Positions 10,869 through 19,540 of a stretch of 64,000 bases of DNA are shown here, piece by piece. A program made the position numbers and the translations under genes. The stretch's first letter is position 1; the number at the start of each line of letters is the position of its first letter. Origin of the DNA: a virus; IMG/VR virus record IMGVR_UViG_3300017763_004709, positions 1 to 64,000 of that record; one strand, given 5' to 3'. The notes below the pieces were generated by a model. The model was not told the origin of the DNA. It was given only the letters and a program-made list of their open reading frames with translations, and did no database searches.

Positions 10869-11096
10869 TTGGAAAATAAATATCAAAAATGGATAGATAT
10901 GGCTACTGCTGTAGATTCTTGGAGAATATTTCCTAGACTATTTATTACTACTTATATTTACTTATTATATAAAGTGGTTGTATGGTACATGGGAATAGAA
11001 GATCCTACTATGGAGCAATCAGGTTTAGTAAGTATAGTAGTAGGTGCGGGTGCTGCATGGTTTGGCCTATATACCGGATCGGGAAAAAGTAAATAA
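10869..11096 (+). CDS. Small two-TM holin-like protein (TTG start)
   Basis: AAGGAG RBS; two hydrophobic segments. Confidence 0.5.
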   Translation: MENKYQKWIDMATAVDSWRIFPRLFITTYIYLLYKVVVWYMGIEDPTMEQSGLVSIVVGAGAAWFGLYTGSGKSK

Positions 11097-11260
11097 AAAA
11101 AGTAAATATTACTGTAGCAGACTTAGTATTGTTTATGGTAATTTTTATTGTATGGTTAGATACTTCTTGGTTAGATATAACCTACTCAAAGTATGTGCTT
11201 AAAATACAAGACTTTGTTGAAAGTATTTTTCCTTTTCTATCATTTTTATTATATTAAACT

Positions 11261-11287
11261 AAAAAGAGGGCATAAGCCCTCTTTTTT
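11261..11287. terminator. Bidirectional intrinsic terminator
   Basis: AAAAAGAGGGC-ATAA-GCCCTCTTTTTT at the convergent junction. Confidence 0.85.
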
Positions 11288-11671
11288 TTATACTGCTTCT
11301 CGTATCATTGAGAAATAGTTTCGTGAGTAATAACCTTCTAACTCTTTATAACTTCCTAATAGTTTTCCATTCATATAAATACAAGGAGAATAATTCAACC
11401 CTTTTGATATAGCTTCTTGAGCAGTAGACTCACTATGAGTTTGATGGTGTATATGCTCTTCTCCATGTTCTTTTAGCAATTGTAGTGCTTTTTGTGACCA
11501 ATCACAGTTAGGTATAGATACCATACTCCAAACTACTTTTTTTGAGTTATCTTTCAGCCAGCTTGCTGGCTTAGGCGGAGACGGGATAGTCTCTTCTTTT
11601 TTTACAGGTATAGGCTTCTTAACGGGGTTAGGTTTATTAGTAGCTTTAGCTGTAGTAGATTTTTCTGTCAT
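11288..11671 (-). CDS. Glutaredoxin-fold protein with Pro/Lys-rich N-terminal extension
   Basis: PNCDWSQKA and SPCIYMNGKLLGSYKEL (Grx P.I...G..IGG motif). Confidence 0.6.
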   Translation of the reverse strand: MTEKSTTAKATNKPNPVKKPIPVKKEETIPSPPKPASWLKDNSKKVVWSMVSIPNCDWSQKALQLLKEHGEEHIHHQTHSESTAQEAISKGLNYSPCIYMNGKLLGSYKELEGYYSRNYFSMIREAV

Positions 11672-11682
11672 AATTAACTCCT

Positions 11683-11970
11683 TTAATGTAATATACCTAG
11701 AATATCAGACTCTTTTACTATTAGAAGATCTTCTCCATCAATAGTTACTTCTGTGCCTGACCACTTACCAAACAAAATAGTATCTCCCGTAGATACAGAT
11801 AAGGGTACTAATTCCCCATTATCTTTTCTTATTCCTTTGCCACAAGCTACTACTGAACCTTCTGCAGGTTTTTCTTTAGCACTTTCAGGAATTATAATAC
11901 CTCCTGAAGTAGTTTCTTCTGTTTCTGTTCGTCTAACAAGCACCCGATCTTGAAGAGGTGTTAATGCCAT
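11683..11970 (-). CDS. groES: Co-chaperonin GroES
   Basis: [31 protein letters not shown]. Confidence 0.97.
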   Translation of the reverse strand: MALTPLQDRVLVRRTETEETTSGGIIIPESAKEKPAEGSVVACGKGIRKDNGELVPLSVSTGDTILFGKWSGTEVTIDGEDLLIVKESDILGILH

Positions 11971-11982
11971 AATATTTTCTCC

Positions 11983-12648
11983 TTATGTTAATTTATTTAC
12001 TATAGGGAATATAGATGCAATAACATCAGCGCATGCATGTGCTATATCCATGTGTTCTTTTTGTGTGCCGTTAGCACTTCTTAGCTCAATATAGTGTACC
12101 CAGCTACGTATAGACCCATTCATATATAGCTTAGTTTTAGTATTACCCTCTGGCAGTACCGCTCGTGCTTGTTCTTTTGCTATACCATTATCTATAGCCC
12201 ACTCATAAGCCGTAATAGCAGAATGCCAAACATTACGCTGATGTTGTTCCCATACTGTGTGTAAATTTACATCATCAGTAATAACGCTATTCTGTCTATT
12301 TTTAGTATCCTGTAGTCTAGCTTTTCTAGGAACAAAAACATCTCCCATTTCTGAAGGATTTGCGTACCTCTGAGAAAACTCTTGAAAAGCAAAAGACCTG
12401 TGCCTAACTATTTGATGAGCAATATCTCTAGTAGTTTCGATCTCCATTACTACATTTGCCATCTCTAAAGGCGACCAATGTTGATGTTTAATTAAATACT
12501 TAATAAGTCTTTCACTTGTTTCTGTGTTTATCTGTGCCGCAGGGTTTGATACTTTTGCACAAAAAGCAATTAGCTCTTGTAAGTCAGTTAACCCTTCTTC
12601 TTCAAATACTTCTGTAGCTTTACTATAGCTTACTAATTTTACTTTCAT
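11983..12648 (-). CDS. thyX: FAD-dependent thymidylate synthase
   Basis: HWSPLE, RHRSFAFQEFSQRY, AKEQARAVLP. Confidence 0.95.
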   Translation of the reverse strand: MKVKLVSYSKATEVFEEEGLTDLQELIAFCAKVSNPAAQINTETSERLIKYLIKHQHWSPLEMANVVMEIETTRDIAHQIVRHRSFAFQEFSQRYANPSEMGDVFVPRKARLQDTKNRQNSVITDDVNLHTVWEQHQRNVWHSAITAYEWAIDNGIAKEQARAVLPEGNTKTKLYMNGSIRSWVHYIELRSANGTQKEHMDIAHACADVIASIFPIVNKLT

Positions 12649-12650
12649 TA

Positions 12651-13502
12651 TTATACCTTTGTTAGGGCTTCACCCATAATTGTTTTTATAACTTCAGGAT
12701 TTTCTGACATATTAATAGCTTCTTCTAAATAAGTATTTAGATCCATTAGTTGTTTATTAAGTAATAGTATTTCTTTACCACTATTTAAGTTTTGTATGTA
12801 TTTAGCCTTACCTGCTATAGGTAGATTGTTAATCAGATTATCTAAATTTTTGTATTCTTTTACTAAAGATTGACTACGTTTTTTACCTATACCATCAATA
12901 CCCATAATCCCATCACTTTTATCTCCTTCAATAATTCTAGAGAATAAAAACTCTTGAGGAGTAAACTGCCAATCTTCATGTAAAGAGTCTAGAGTTATTT
13001 CTTTTCTAGAGAATAGATTGAATATATTAACATTATGATCTAGTAGTTGATATAAATCTCTATCGCTAGATACAATCCATACATTGTCATACTGTTCTTT
13101 TAGATTATTTGCTAGGTACGTTATTAGATCATCAGCTTCAATACCTTTAAATTTGTAATGTTCAAAAGGTAATAACTCTGTGGTATCTTTTAAACAGTTG
13201 AAAAAACCTGTGAATCTAATTTTTTCTTCTTCTGTTCTCTCTACTTTTCTATTTTGTTTATACCCAGGATAAATAGCTTTTCTATAAGAAGAAGCGCCTA
13301 CATCAAAGCAACAAACTATTCGTTTCGCAGAATAGCTTTTTCCTAGACTACTAATAGTTTTAATGTACTCTTGAGAGTAATCATCAAAGTTAGGTCTATG
13401 TAAGTATCTAAAAGCTACATTATTCGCATCAATCAAAAGAAGGTTGTTTTCTTCATATTTATCTTGTTCTAGCTCGGCTAGATCATTCCAACTTGCACTC
13501 AT
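12651..13502 (-). CDS. 5'-3' exonuclease/flap endonuclease (T5 D15-like)
   Basis: LLIDANN, YKQNR, EADD, SSDRDL, GDKSDGIMGIDGIG. Confidence 0.9.
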   Translation of the reverse strand: MSASWNDLAELEQDKYEENNLLLIDANNVAFRYLHRPNFDDYSQEYIKTISSLGKSYSAKRIVCCFDVGASSYRKAIYPGYKQNRKVERTEEEKIRFTGFFNCLKDTTELLPFEHYKFKGIEADDLITYLANNLKEQYDNVWIVSSDRDLYQLLDHNVNIFNLFSRKEITLDSLHEDWQFTPQEFLFSRIIEGDKSDGIMGIDGIGKKRSQSLVKEYKNLDNLINNLPIAGKAKYIQNLNSGKEILLLNKQLMDLNTYLEEAINMSENPEVIKTIMGEALTKV

Positions 13503-13527
13503 TAAATTTTCTCCATATTTATACTTT

Positions 13528-13556
13528 ATAATATAATATATTTAATCACTAAGCAA
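13528..13556 (-). promoter_or_regulatory. Sigma70-type T5-like promoter
   Basis: TTGCTT-N17-TATTAT upstream of D15. Confidence 0.7.
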
Positions 13557-13568
13557 GTTAAATCTAAC

Positions 13569-14015
13569 TTAAGTAGGTTCTAATTTTACAGCCTCTAACA
13601 CCCACTCATCAAATAAACCCATTTTAAAGTATAAGTCATCTACTCTAACAGTTATTTGATTAGACACCTCAACTTCATTAGCCCAACAACAGTATACTTT
13701 ACCTCTATCCCACTTATATATTAATAGTGGTTCTTTTTTCATAGTATCTGCTTCTCTTATAGTTTGTTTCCAAAAGTCTAATAGTAAAGCAGATTTTTTA
13801 GCTGTTAATAAATTATTCCAATTTATTTCTTTGTGATGTTTAGCCTCTATACAATATGTAAAATTTGGAAGCCAAGGACAGTATACGTCTCCTTTGAGAT
13901 ACTCTAATGCGCCTGATAAGGGCACTCTTTCAAACTTATTATTAAAATGTTTAGAAAAAAGATCTCTAACTACGTACTCAAAACTTCTTCCTTTAGTTTT
14001 ACTTTTACTACTCAT
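13569..14015 (-). CDS. T5 D14-like Holliday junction resolvase-type nuclease
   Basis: SKTKGRSFE, RVPLSGA, KGDV, IEAK; start at ATG 14015 with AAGGAG RBS. Confidence 0.8.
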   Translation of the reverse strand: MSSKSKTKGRSFEYVVRDLFSKHFNNKFERVPLSGALEYLKGDVYCPWLPNFTYCIEAKHHKEINWNNLLTAKKSALLLDFWKQTIREADTMKKEPLLIYKWDRGKVYCCWANEVEVSNQITVRVDDLYFKMGLFDEWVLEAVKLEPT

Positions 14016-14071
14016 AATATCTCCTTTGTACAATACTAATATAAAAAAGAACCATAAGTCTAATATAATAT

Positions 14072-14100
14072 AAAAAAAGAGCCCTTATTGGACTCTTTTT
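14072..14100 (-). terminator. Putative terminator after the accessory cassette
   Basis: AAAAAGAG(T)CC...GG(C)TCTTTTTTT imperfect hairpin with T-run. Confidence 0.55.
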
Positions 14101-14109
14101 ACTTTTATA

Positions 14110-14283
14110 CTACAAGTATTTACCATCAGGAGTATGAGTACTTGAGTTATACCAAGCCCATATAATACAATTAAACTTACTGTAACGACTATACCAAGGG
14201 CCTATATCCGTTACACCAAGACACCAACCTTGATGTCTTAAGTGATAATACCAGTCAACAATTCTTTTATATCGTTGGATCAT
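14110..14283 (-). CDS. Small Trp/Tyr-rich hypothetical protein
   Basis: MIQRYKRIVDWYYH... start with GGAG RBS. Confidence 0.5.
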   Translation of the reverse strand: MIQRYKRIVDWYYHLRHQGWCLGVTDIGPWYSRYSKFNCIIWAWYNSSTHTPDGKYL

Positions 14284-14455
14284 ACTGCTCTCCATTATAG
14301 CCTGGATATGTATCTTTATCTTGAACACCAGAGTTGCAGCCCACAACTACGATTAATAAAAATACTATAGACCATAAGGTTACTCTTTTACTCCACATAA
14401 TAAACAAGTTAAAAGTTTTCTCTGCTTCTATTTGTGCTTGCTCTCTTGGTGTCAT
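14267..14455 (-). CDS. aa3-type cytochrome c oxidase subunit IV-like small membrane protein
   Basis: EKTFNLFIMWSKRVTLWSIVFLLIVVVGCNS resembles the alphaproteobacterial CtaH pattern (QxTFxxFI...TM...NS). Confidence 0.5.
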   Translation of the reverse strand: MTPREQAQIEAEKTFNLFIMWSKRVTLWSIVFLLIVVVGCNSGVQDKDTYPGYNGEQYDPTI

Positions 14456-14853
14456 ATTCTATTACCTTTTAGTGCAAAATACATTCCACCTACCCATAGT
14501 AAGACATGGAAATGATCATACAATATTACGTCCCAAAAACTTTCTGGTTGGCTTGTCCATATAACTCCAGTCAATATACTTGCAATAGTAATACCTGAGA
14601 AACGTGTAATTAGATCGCCTATCTCTTTAAAATACTTTTGATGGATGATCAAACCTCCTACTAACAATCCTAACCCTGCTCCTAGTTCACCTAGTACAAC
14701 AAAAGCCCAGACAAGTAATGTTAGTTCTACAGGGGAGTCTTCTACATTAATTGGCCACTTGTCAAGACCTTGCTGTAGAAAAACTACAACAAGGGGGATT
14801 CTTAACAACCAATGAGTCATACAAAACTCTGGAATACGGCTTACCCAACTCAT
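14452..14853 (-). CDS. DoxX family membrane protein
   Basis: LLRIPL.VVF..QG..K and GELGAGLGLLVG; 4 TM helices. Confidence 0.75.
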   Translation of the reverse strand: MSWVSRIPEFCMTHWLLRIPLVVVFLQQGLDKWPINVEDSPVELTLLVWAFVVLGELGAGLGLLVGGLIIHQKYFKEIGDLITRFSGITIASILTGVIWTSQPESFWDVILYDHFHVLLWVGGMYFALKGNRI

Positions 14854-15269
14854 AGCTCAGCCAATAGTTCTTTTAGTTTCTTCTTTGACTTGCCACGAAC
14901 TTTGGCACCTGAGATATCATTGTCTCCGTCACCTACAACAACAATAGCAATCATGCCCATTGTTTTGTGTGGAGTACACTGATACAAATACACACCCGGT
15001 GTATCAAATGTAATAGAAACTTCTTTGCTAAGTTTTGATTTTTTTGGTGCTTTCCATCCATCTGGGCCCGCAATAAATTCTACATTGTGACCTTTTTGTG
15101 TTGGTAGCCAAGTAATTGTATCGCCTACATCAATACGTGCGATATCTTCACTGTACACCATTTTAGCGCCATCATCACGCTTGTTTAACATTTCGATAGT
15201 CATGTCTTCTGCAAATGCTGGTGTCGCTAATGATGCCATTATAGCAACTGTATATAGTAATTTTTTCAT
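14850..15269 (-). CDS. Pseudoazurin (type-1 copper protein) with signal peptide
   Basis: Signal MKKLL...PAFA; IEMLNK; Cu ligands in GHNV and CTPHKTMGM; start ATG 15269 with RBS. Confidence 0.9.
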   Translation of the reverse strand: MKKLLYTVAIMASLATPAFAEDMTIEMLNKRDDGAKMVYSEDIARIDVGDTITWLPTQKGHNVEFIAGPDGWKAPKKSKLSKEVSITFDTPGVYLYQCTPHKTMGMIAIVVVGDGDNDISGAKVRGKSKKKLKELLAEL

Positions 15270-15270
15270 T

Positions 15271-15453
15271 TTATTTCCTTTTGTTATGCATTTCTTGAAT
15301 CTGCAATATACAACGTTTGGCTTCCTCGTGGTAACCCATTCTTGCGAGCTCCGCTGCTGCTCTGGAGTACCCAATCGTCTGTGTAAACCGATCTAAGGAA
15401 GACCACAAACCCGACAAGGGTGAGAAGATATAGTTTGTTACTAAAGCTGTCAT
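15271..15453 (-). CDS. Small hypothetical protein
   Basis: TAATG-coupled; GYSRAAAELARMGY. Confidence 0.6.
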   Translation of the reverse strand: MTALVTNYIFSPLSGLWSSLDRFTQTIGYSRAAAELARMGYHEEAKRCILQIQEMHNKRK

Positions 15454-15686
15454 TATAGCCACCCCCTATTTTCAATTTTAGAGCCTGAACGAGCTACATG
15501 GTAAATGTCGCCTCGGGTAAGACCTATATCTTCTAAGTCATAGTCTGATAATCTAGATAGCTCTTTTATAGTTTGTTTAGTTATGCGCTTTTGTTTATAA
15601 TACTGTGCAAAAGTTCGTAAAGAATCTATTAAGTTTTCAATTATTTTAGTAGAGAAATTATGTGCTATTAATATATGCTGTGTCAT
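15453..15686 (-). CDS. DUF1127 (YjiS-like) small protein
   Basis: TIKELSRLSDYDLEDIGLTRGDI signature. Confidence 0.9.
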   Translation of the reverse strand: MTQHILIAHNFSTKIIENLIDSLRTFAQYYKQKRITKQTIKELSRLSDYDLEDIGLTRGDIYHVARSGSKIENRGWL

Positions 15687-15847
15687 TATACCCATCCTCT
15701 TAAGTTAGGATTCATGTTCCCGTATATTAATTTCTTTTGTCTTCTCTCTAGGTCTACTAGGTCAGTAGATTGAGCTAGGTACTCATTAATTCTTTCTTGC
15801 TCTGTTTTTGGTTTTAATTTACTAAATAGTCTTTTTAAAAGTTTCAT
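15686..15847 (-). CDS. DUF3563-like small protein (53 aa; not in ORF track)
   Basis: MKLLKRLF...EYLAQSTDLVDLERRQKKL; AGGAG RBS; TAATG-coupled to DUF1127. Confidence 0.7.
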   Translation of the reverse strand: MKLLKRLFSKLKPKTEQERINEYLAQSTDLVDLERRQKKLIYGNMNPNLRGWV

Positions 15848-15919
15848 GTTTTTCTCCTTCTATACTTATAGTATATAATAAAAAGGCTCAAAAAACAACT
15901 ATAATTATGTCAAACCCGG

Positions 15920-15936
15920 TATGCACAGTTTGCATA
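15920..15936. promoter_or_regulatory. Inverted repeat, possible LysR-type operator
   Basis: TATGCA-cagtt-TGCATA about 75 bp upstream of the cassette. Confidence 0.45.
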
Positions 15937-15964
15937 GCTTAGAGGTACAAAATGCTAAAATAAA

Positions 15965-15990
15965 ATAACCAGAGATTGCTCTCTGGTTAT
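15965..15990 (-). terminator. Hairpin/terminator after tRNA-Thr
   Basis: ATAACCAGAGA-TTGC-TCTCTGGTTAT followed by T-run on minus strand. Confidence 0.7.
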
Positions 15991-15996
15991 AATTAA

Positions 15997-16072
15997 TGGT
16001 GCTCCCACACGGACTCGAACCGCGGACCTATTGATTACAAATCAATTGCTCTACCAGCTGAGCTATAGGAGC
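15997..16072 (-). tRNA. tRNA-Thr(UGU)
   Basis: Cloverleaf GCTCCTA...TTTGTAA...GTTCGAG...TGGGAGCACCA. Confidence 0.95.
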
Positions 16073-16073
16073 T

Positions 16074-17204
16074 TTATAAACTAAATCCTTCGAATGATTT
16101 ATCACTAACATCTTTTTTTGTGCCACCGATAACATAACTAGAAATTTCAGTTTCTTGAGGGGCTACTTGTACTTCTGCCCCACTTATCCATTTTTGAGTC
16201 CAAGGAAGAGGGTTAGCTCTAGGAACACTAAAATCAGGCTTTACTCCTGCAGCTACTAGTCTTTTATGAGTTATCCACTCTACGTAGTCACTTAGTAATT
16301 GAGCATTCAAACCAATCATTGAACCATCTTTAAATAAGTATTCTGCCCATTGTTTTTCCTGCTCCATAGCTTCTGTAAACATACTTCTAACAGTATCCTC
16401 ACACTCAGGAATAATAGTAGCATAATCAGGATCATCTTTAGGTAATAATTTAATCATTTGCTGTGTGGAGGCAAGATGTAAGTTTTCATCGCGGGCAATT
16501 AATTTAATAATCTTAGCGTTGCCTTCCATCTTCTTTAGTTCGGCAAATGCCCAACTACATGCAAAGCTTACATAGAAACGAACACCTTCTAAGATATTAA
16601 CACTAGCTATGCAAAGATACAATAATTTTTTAAGCTCATACATATCAACTACGTACTTTTCACCATTAATTGTGTGGGTTCCCTCACCAAATAATTGATA
16701 TAGTTTGCTTAATCTTAGAAGCTCATCATAGTACTTAGTAATATCAGAGGCGCAGTCTGTGATCTCAGTAACATTCATCATCTCATCAAATATAATACTA
16801 GGATTAGTATAAATATTTCTAATAATATGAGTGTAGCTACGAGAGTGAATAGATTCACTAAAAGTCCAAGTTAAAATCCAATTTTCTAACTCTGGAAGAC
16901 CTACTATTCCTCCAAAAGCTTCTACAGGAGCTCTTCCTTGAACAGAATCTAGTAAGATTTGCCGTTTTAAGTTTGCAGTAAAAATATGCTGCTCATGCTC
17001 TGTTAAACCTCTAAAATCTTTACTATCTTTAGTTACATCTATCTCTTCTGGGCGCCAAAAGAAACCTAACTGCTTATCTGTAAGTTTATCAAATTGTTTA
17101 TACTTTAAAGTATCATACCTCTGAATGTCTACTCCTCCTTCGGGATCTAAAAACATTAGGGAGGTTAAGTGTTTATTTCTGCTGTTTTCATTTAATACTG
17201 ACAT
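16074..17204 (-). CDS. nrdB: Class Ia ribonucleotide reductase beta subunit
   Basis: FFWRPEE, LLDSVQGR, EGVRFYVSF, DENLH, QVAPQE. Confidence 0.97.
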   Translation of the reverse strand: MSVLNENSRNKHLTSLMFLDPEGGVDIQRYDTLKYKQFDKLTDKQLGFFWRPEEIDVTKDSKDFRGLTEHEQHIFTANLKRQILLDSVQGRAPVEAFGGIVGLPELENWILTWTFSESIHSRSYTHIIRNIYTNPSIIFDEMMNVTEITDCASDITKYYDELLRLSKLYQLFGEGTHTINGEKYVVDMYELKKLLYLCIASVNILEGVRFYVSFACSWAFAELKKMEGNAKIIKLIARDENLHLASTQQMIKLLPKDDPDYATIIPECEDTVRSMFTEAMEQEKQWAEYLFKDGSMIGLNAQLLSDYVEWITHKRLVAAGVKPDFSVPRANPLPWTQKWISGAEVQVAPQETEISSYVIGGTKKDVSDKSFEGFSL

Positions 17205-17215
17205 AATTTTTTCCT

Positions 17216-19531
17216 TTATAATACACAACTTTCACAATAGTCATCATACTCTTCGTCTGAGTCAAAACTATCTCTGTCTAATTCTTCTTTATCTTCTAAG
17301 CTACTTAAGTCTAATTCCCCTTGTCCATCATAGGTATTAAAGTAGTATAGTTGTTTACCGCCATACTTATAAAACATTAATAGATGCTGTAACATTAAAC
17401 TCATAGGTATTTTTTCTTCTTCAAAGTATTGAGGATTGTAACTTGTATTAACACTAATTCCTTGATCAATATACTTCTGCAGTACGGCCATAATCTTAAT
17501 ATACCCTTCTGGAGAACGTTGATCCCATAATAAATCATATTTATTCTTTAGTTTATGTATACCAGGAACTACTTGTTTTAATACTCCATGTTTAGACTGT
17601 TTAATACTTACTAAACTTCTGGGAGGTTCAATACCGTTAGTACTATTACTTATCTGTGCGCTAGTTTCTGCAGGCATAAGAGCCATTAGTGTTGAATTAC
17701 GAATACCTGTTGTTTTTAACTGCTCACGTAGCCCTTCCCAATCCATACGCTCTACATGAGGAACTAGTTCATCTACGTCTTTCTTATATGTTTGATTAGG
17801 TGTAAGGCCGTGTCCATATTTTGTTTCCATAACTCCTGGGCAGGCACCCTTATCAACAGCTAAATCTGCGCTTGCTTTAATTAAGTAATAACTCCATGCT
17901 TCTGCCCATTCATCTATCAGAGACAATCCTTGCTCATCTATATCTTGATAATTAAGATTATTTTTAGCTAACCAGTATGCAAAATTAATAATACCAACGC
18001 CTAAAGGCCTTCTTTTTTCTGTAGATAGCTGTGCTGCACGTAAAGGATAATCTTGATAACTTAATAGAGCATCTAGTCCTCTTACGGCTAAAGCCCCTAC
18101 TCTCTCAAAATCCTCTTTACATTTTACATTGCCCCAATTAACAGCGCTCAAAGTACATAGACTTATTTCACCTTCTTCATCAAATATGTCTTTTAAAGGC
18201 TTAGTAGGTAAGTCTATCTCTGCACATAGATTAGACTGATGAATAGGAGCTATCTTTTCATCAAAACTAGAATGTGTATTAGCATGATCTACATTTTGTA
18301 AATAGATACGTCCTGTATTTTTACGTTCTTCCATAAAGGAAGAAAATAGATCAATAGCACTTACAGTTTTCTTTCTTAGCTTTGTGTTTTTTTCTGCGCC
18401 CTCGTACATAATTTTAAAAGTATCAGGGTCATTAAAGAATGAATCGTACAATCCTGGAACATCACTAGGAGAGAATAAGGTTATATCTCCTCCAGTAATT
18501 AAGCGCTCATAAAATAACTTATTGAATTGTACTCCATAGTCCATATGTCTTACACGGTTTTCTTCTGTGCCTTTATTATTCTTTAATACTAATAAGTCTT
18601 CTACTTCAAGATGCCATATAGGGTAATATAAAGTAGCCGCCCCGTTTCTAACACCTCCTTGAGAGCAACTTCTTGTAGCTGCTTGAAACATCTTATAAAA
18701 AGGGATTACCCCTGTATGATAGGCGTCTCCTTTACGTATGGGAGAACCGATAGACCTAATTCTTCCTGCTCCAATACCAATACCGGCTTTTTGACTGACG
18801 TATTTAACGATACTAGAACTAGTAGCATTAATACTGTCAAGACTGTCATCAGCTTCAATAAGTACGCAAGAAGAGAATTGTCGTTGTGGCGTACGCAGAC
18901 CCGCCATGATAGGAGTAGGCAGGCTAAGCTCATGCAAACTAATAGCGTCATAATAATCTTTTACCCATTTTAATCTAGTTTCTTTAGGATAGTTAGCGAA
19001 CAGTGTCATAGATATTAACATATAGGCTACTTGAGGTGTTTCGTATATAATCTCTTCAACTCTATTTTGTACTAAATATTTACCTCTAAATTGCTCCATA
19101 GCAACATAAGTTAATTTATCATCTCGTACATGCTTTATATACTTATTAATAGTTGAAAATTCTTTTCTAGAGTAGTTTTCTATAAGTTCAGGATCATAAA
19201 ATCCTAATTTTACATTTTTATCTACTATAGAATAAAGATCAGGAGGGTCAAATTGACCGTATACTTCTTTACGAAGATTATAGTTTATTAGTCTTCCTGC
19301 TACCCATTGATAATTAGGAGTTTGCTCGGATATTAAATCTGCGGCACTTTTTATAAGTGTTTCTTGTACGTCTGAAGTTTTAATACCGTCAAAAAACTGT
19401 ATTTGACTTTTAATCTCTACTTCACTAGGACTTACTCCTGCTATACCCTCACAAGCTAAAAAAACTACCTTATGTAGTTTTTCAATGTTTAGATCTTCTT
19501 TTTTACCTGTTCTCTTTATAACCTGTATCAT
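17216..19531 (-). CDS. nrdA: Class Ia ribonucleotide reductase alpha subunit with ATP cone
   Basis: VIKRTG, QFSSCVL, SNLCAEI, KQLYY, C-terminal CESC. Confidence 0.97.
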   Translation of the reverse strand: MIQVIKRTGKKEDLNIEKLHKVVFLACEGIAGVSPSEVEIKSQIQFFDGIKTSDVQETLIKSAADLISEQTPNYQWVAGRLINYNLRKEVYGQFDPPDLYSIVDKNVKLGFYDPELIENYSRKEFSTINKYIKHVRDDKLTYVAMEQFRGKYLVQNRVEEIIYETPQVAYMLISMTLFANYPKETRLKWVKDYYDAISLHELSLPTPIMAGLRTPQRQFSSCVLIEADDSLDSINATSSSIVKYVSQKAGIGIGAGRIRSIGSPIRKGDAYHTGVIPFYKMFQAATRSCSQGGVRNGAATLYYPIWHLEVEDLLVLKNNKGTEENRVRHMDYGVQFNKLFYERLITGGDITLFSPSDVPGLYDSFFNDPDTFKIMYEGAEKNTKLRKKTVSAIDLFSSFMEERKNTGRIYLQNVDHANTHSSFDEKIAPIHQSNLCAEIDLPTKPLKDIFDEEGEISLCTLSAVNWGNVKCKEDFERVGALAVRGLDALLSYQDYPLRAAQLSTEKRRPLGVGIINFAYWLAKNNLNYQDIDEQGLSLIDEWAEAWSYYLIKASADLAVDKGACPGVMETKYGHGLTPNQTYKKDVDELVPHVERMDWEGLREQLKTTGIRNSTLMALMPAETSAQISNSTNGIEPPRSLVSIKQSKHGVLKQVVPGIHKLKNKYDLLWDQRSPEGYIKIMAVLQKYIDQGISVNTSYNPQYFEEEKIPMSLMLQHLLMFYKYGGKQLYYFNTYDGQGELDLSSLEDKEELDRDSFDSDEEYDDYCESCVL

Positions 19532-19540
19532 GGCACTCCT

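Noticed and set aside
15270-15374. Long N-terminal extension of pseudoazurin in the ORF track, and alternative ORF 15284-15475
   Set aside because: The real start is ATG 15269 (RBS plus signal peptide); upstream sequence belongs to the coupled 15271-15453 gene
18659-18973. Antisense and alternate-frame ORFs within nrdA, and similar short shadow ORFs elsewhere
   Set aside because: Fully inside conserved genes with no independent support
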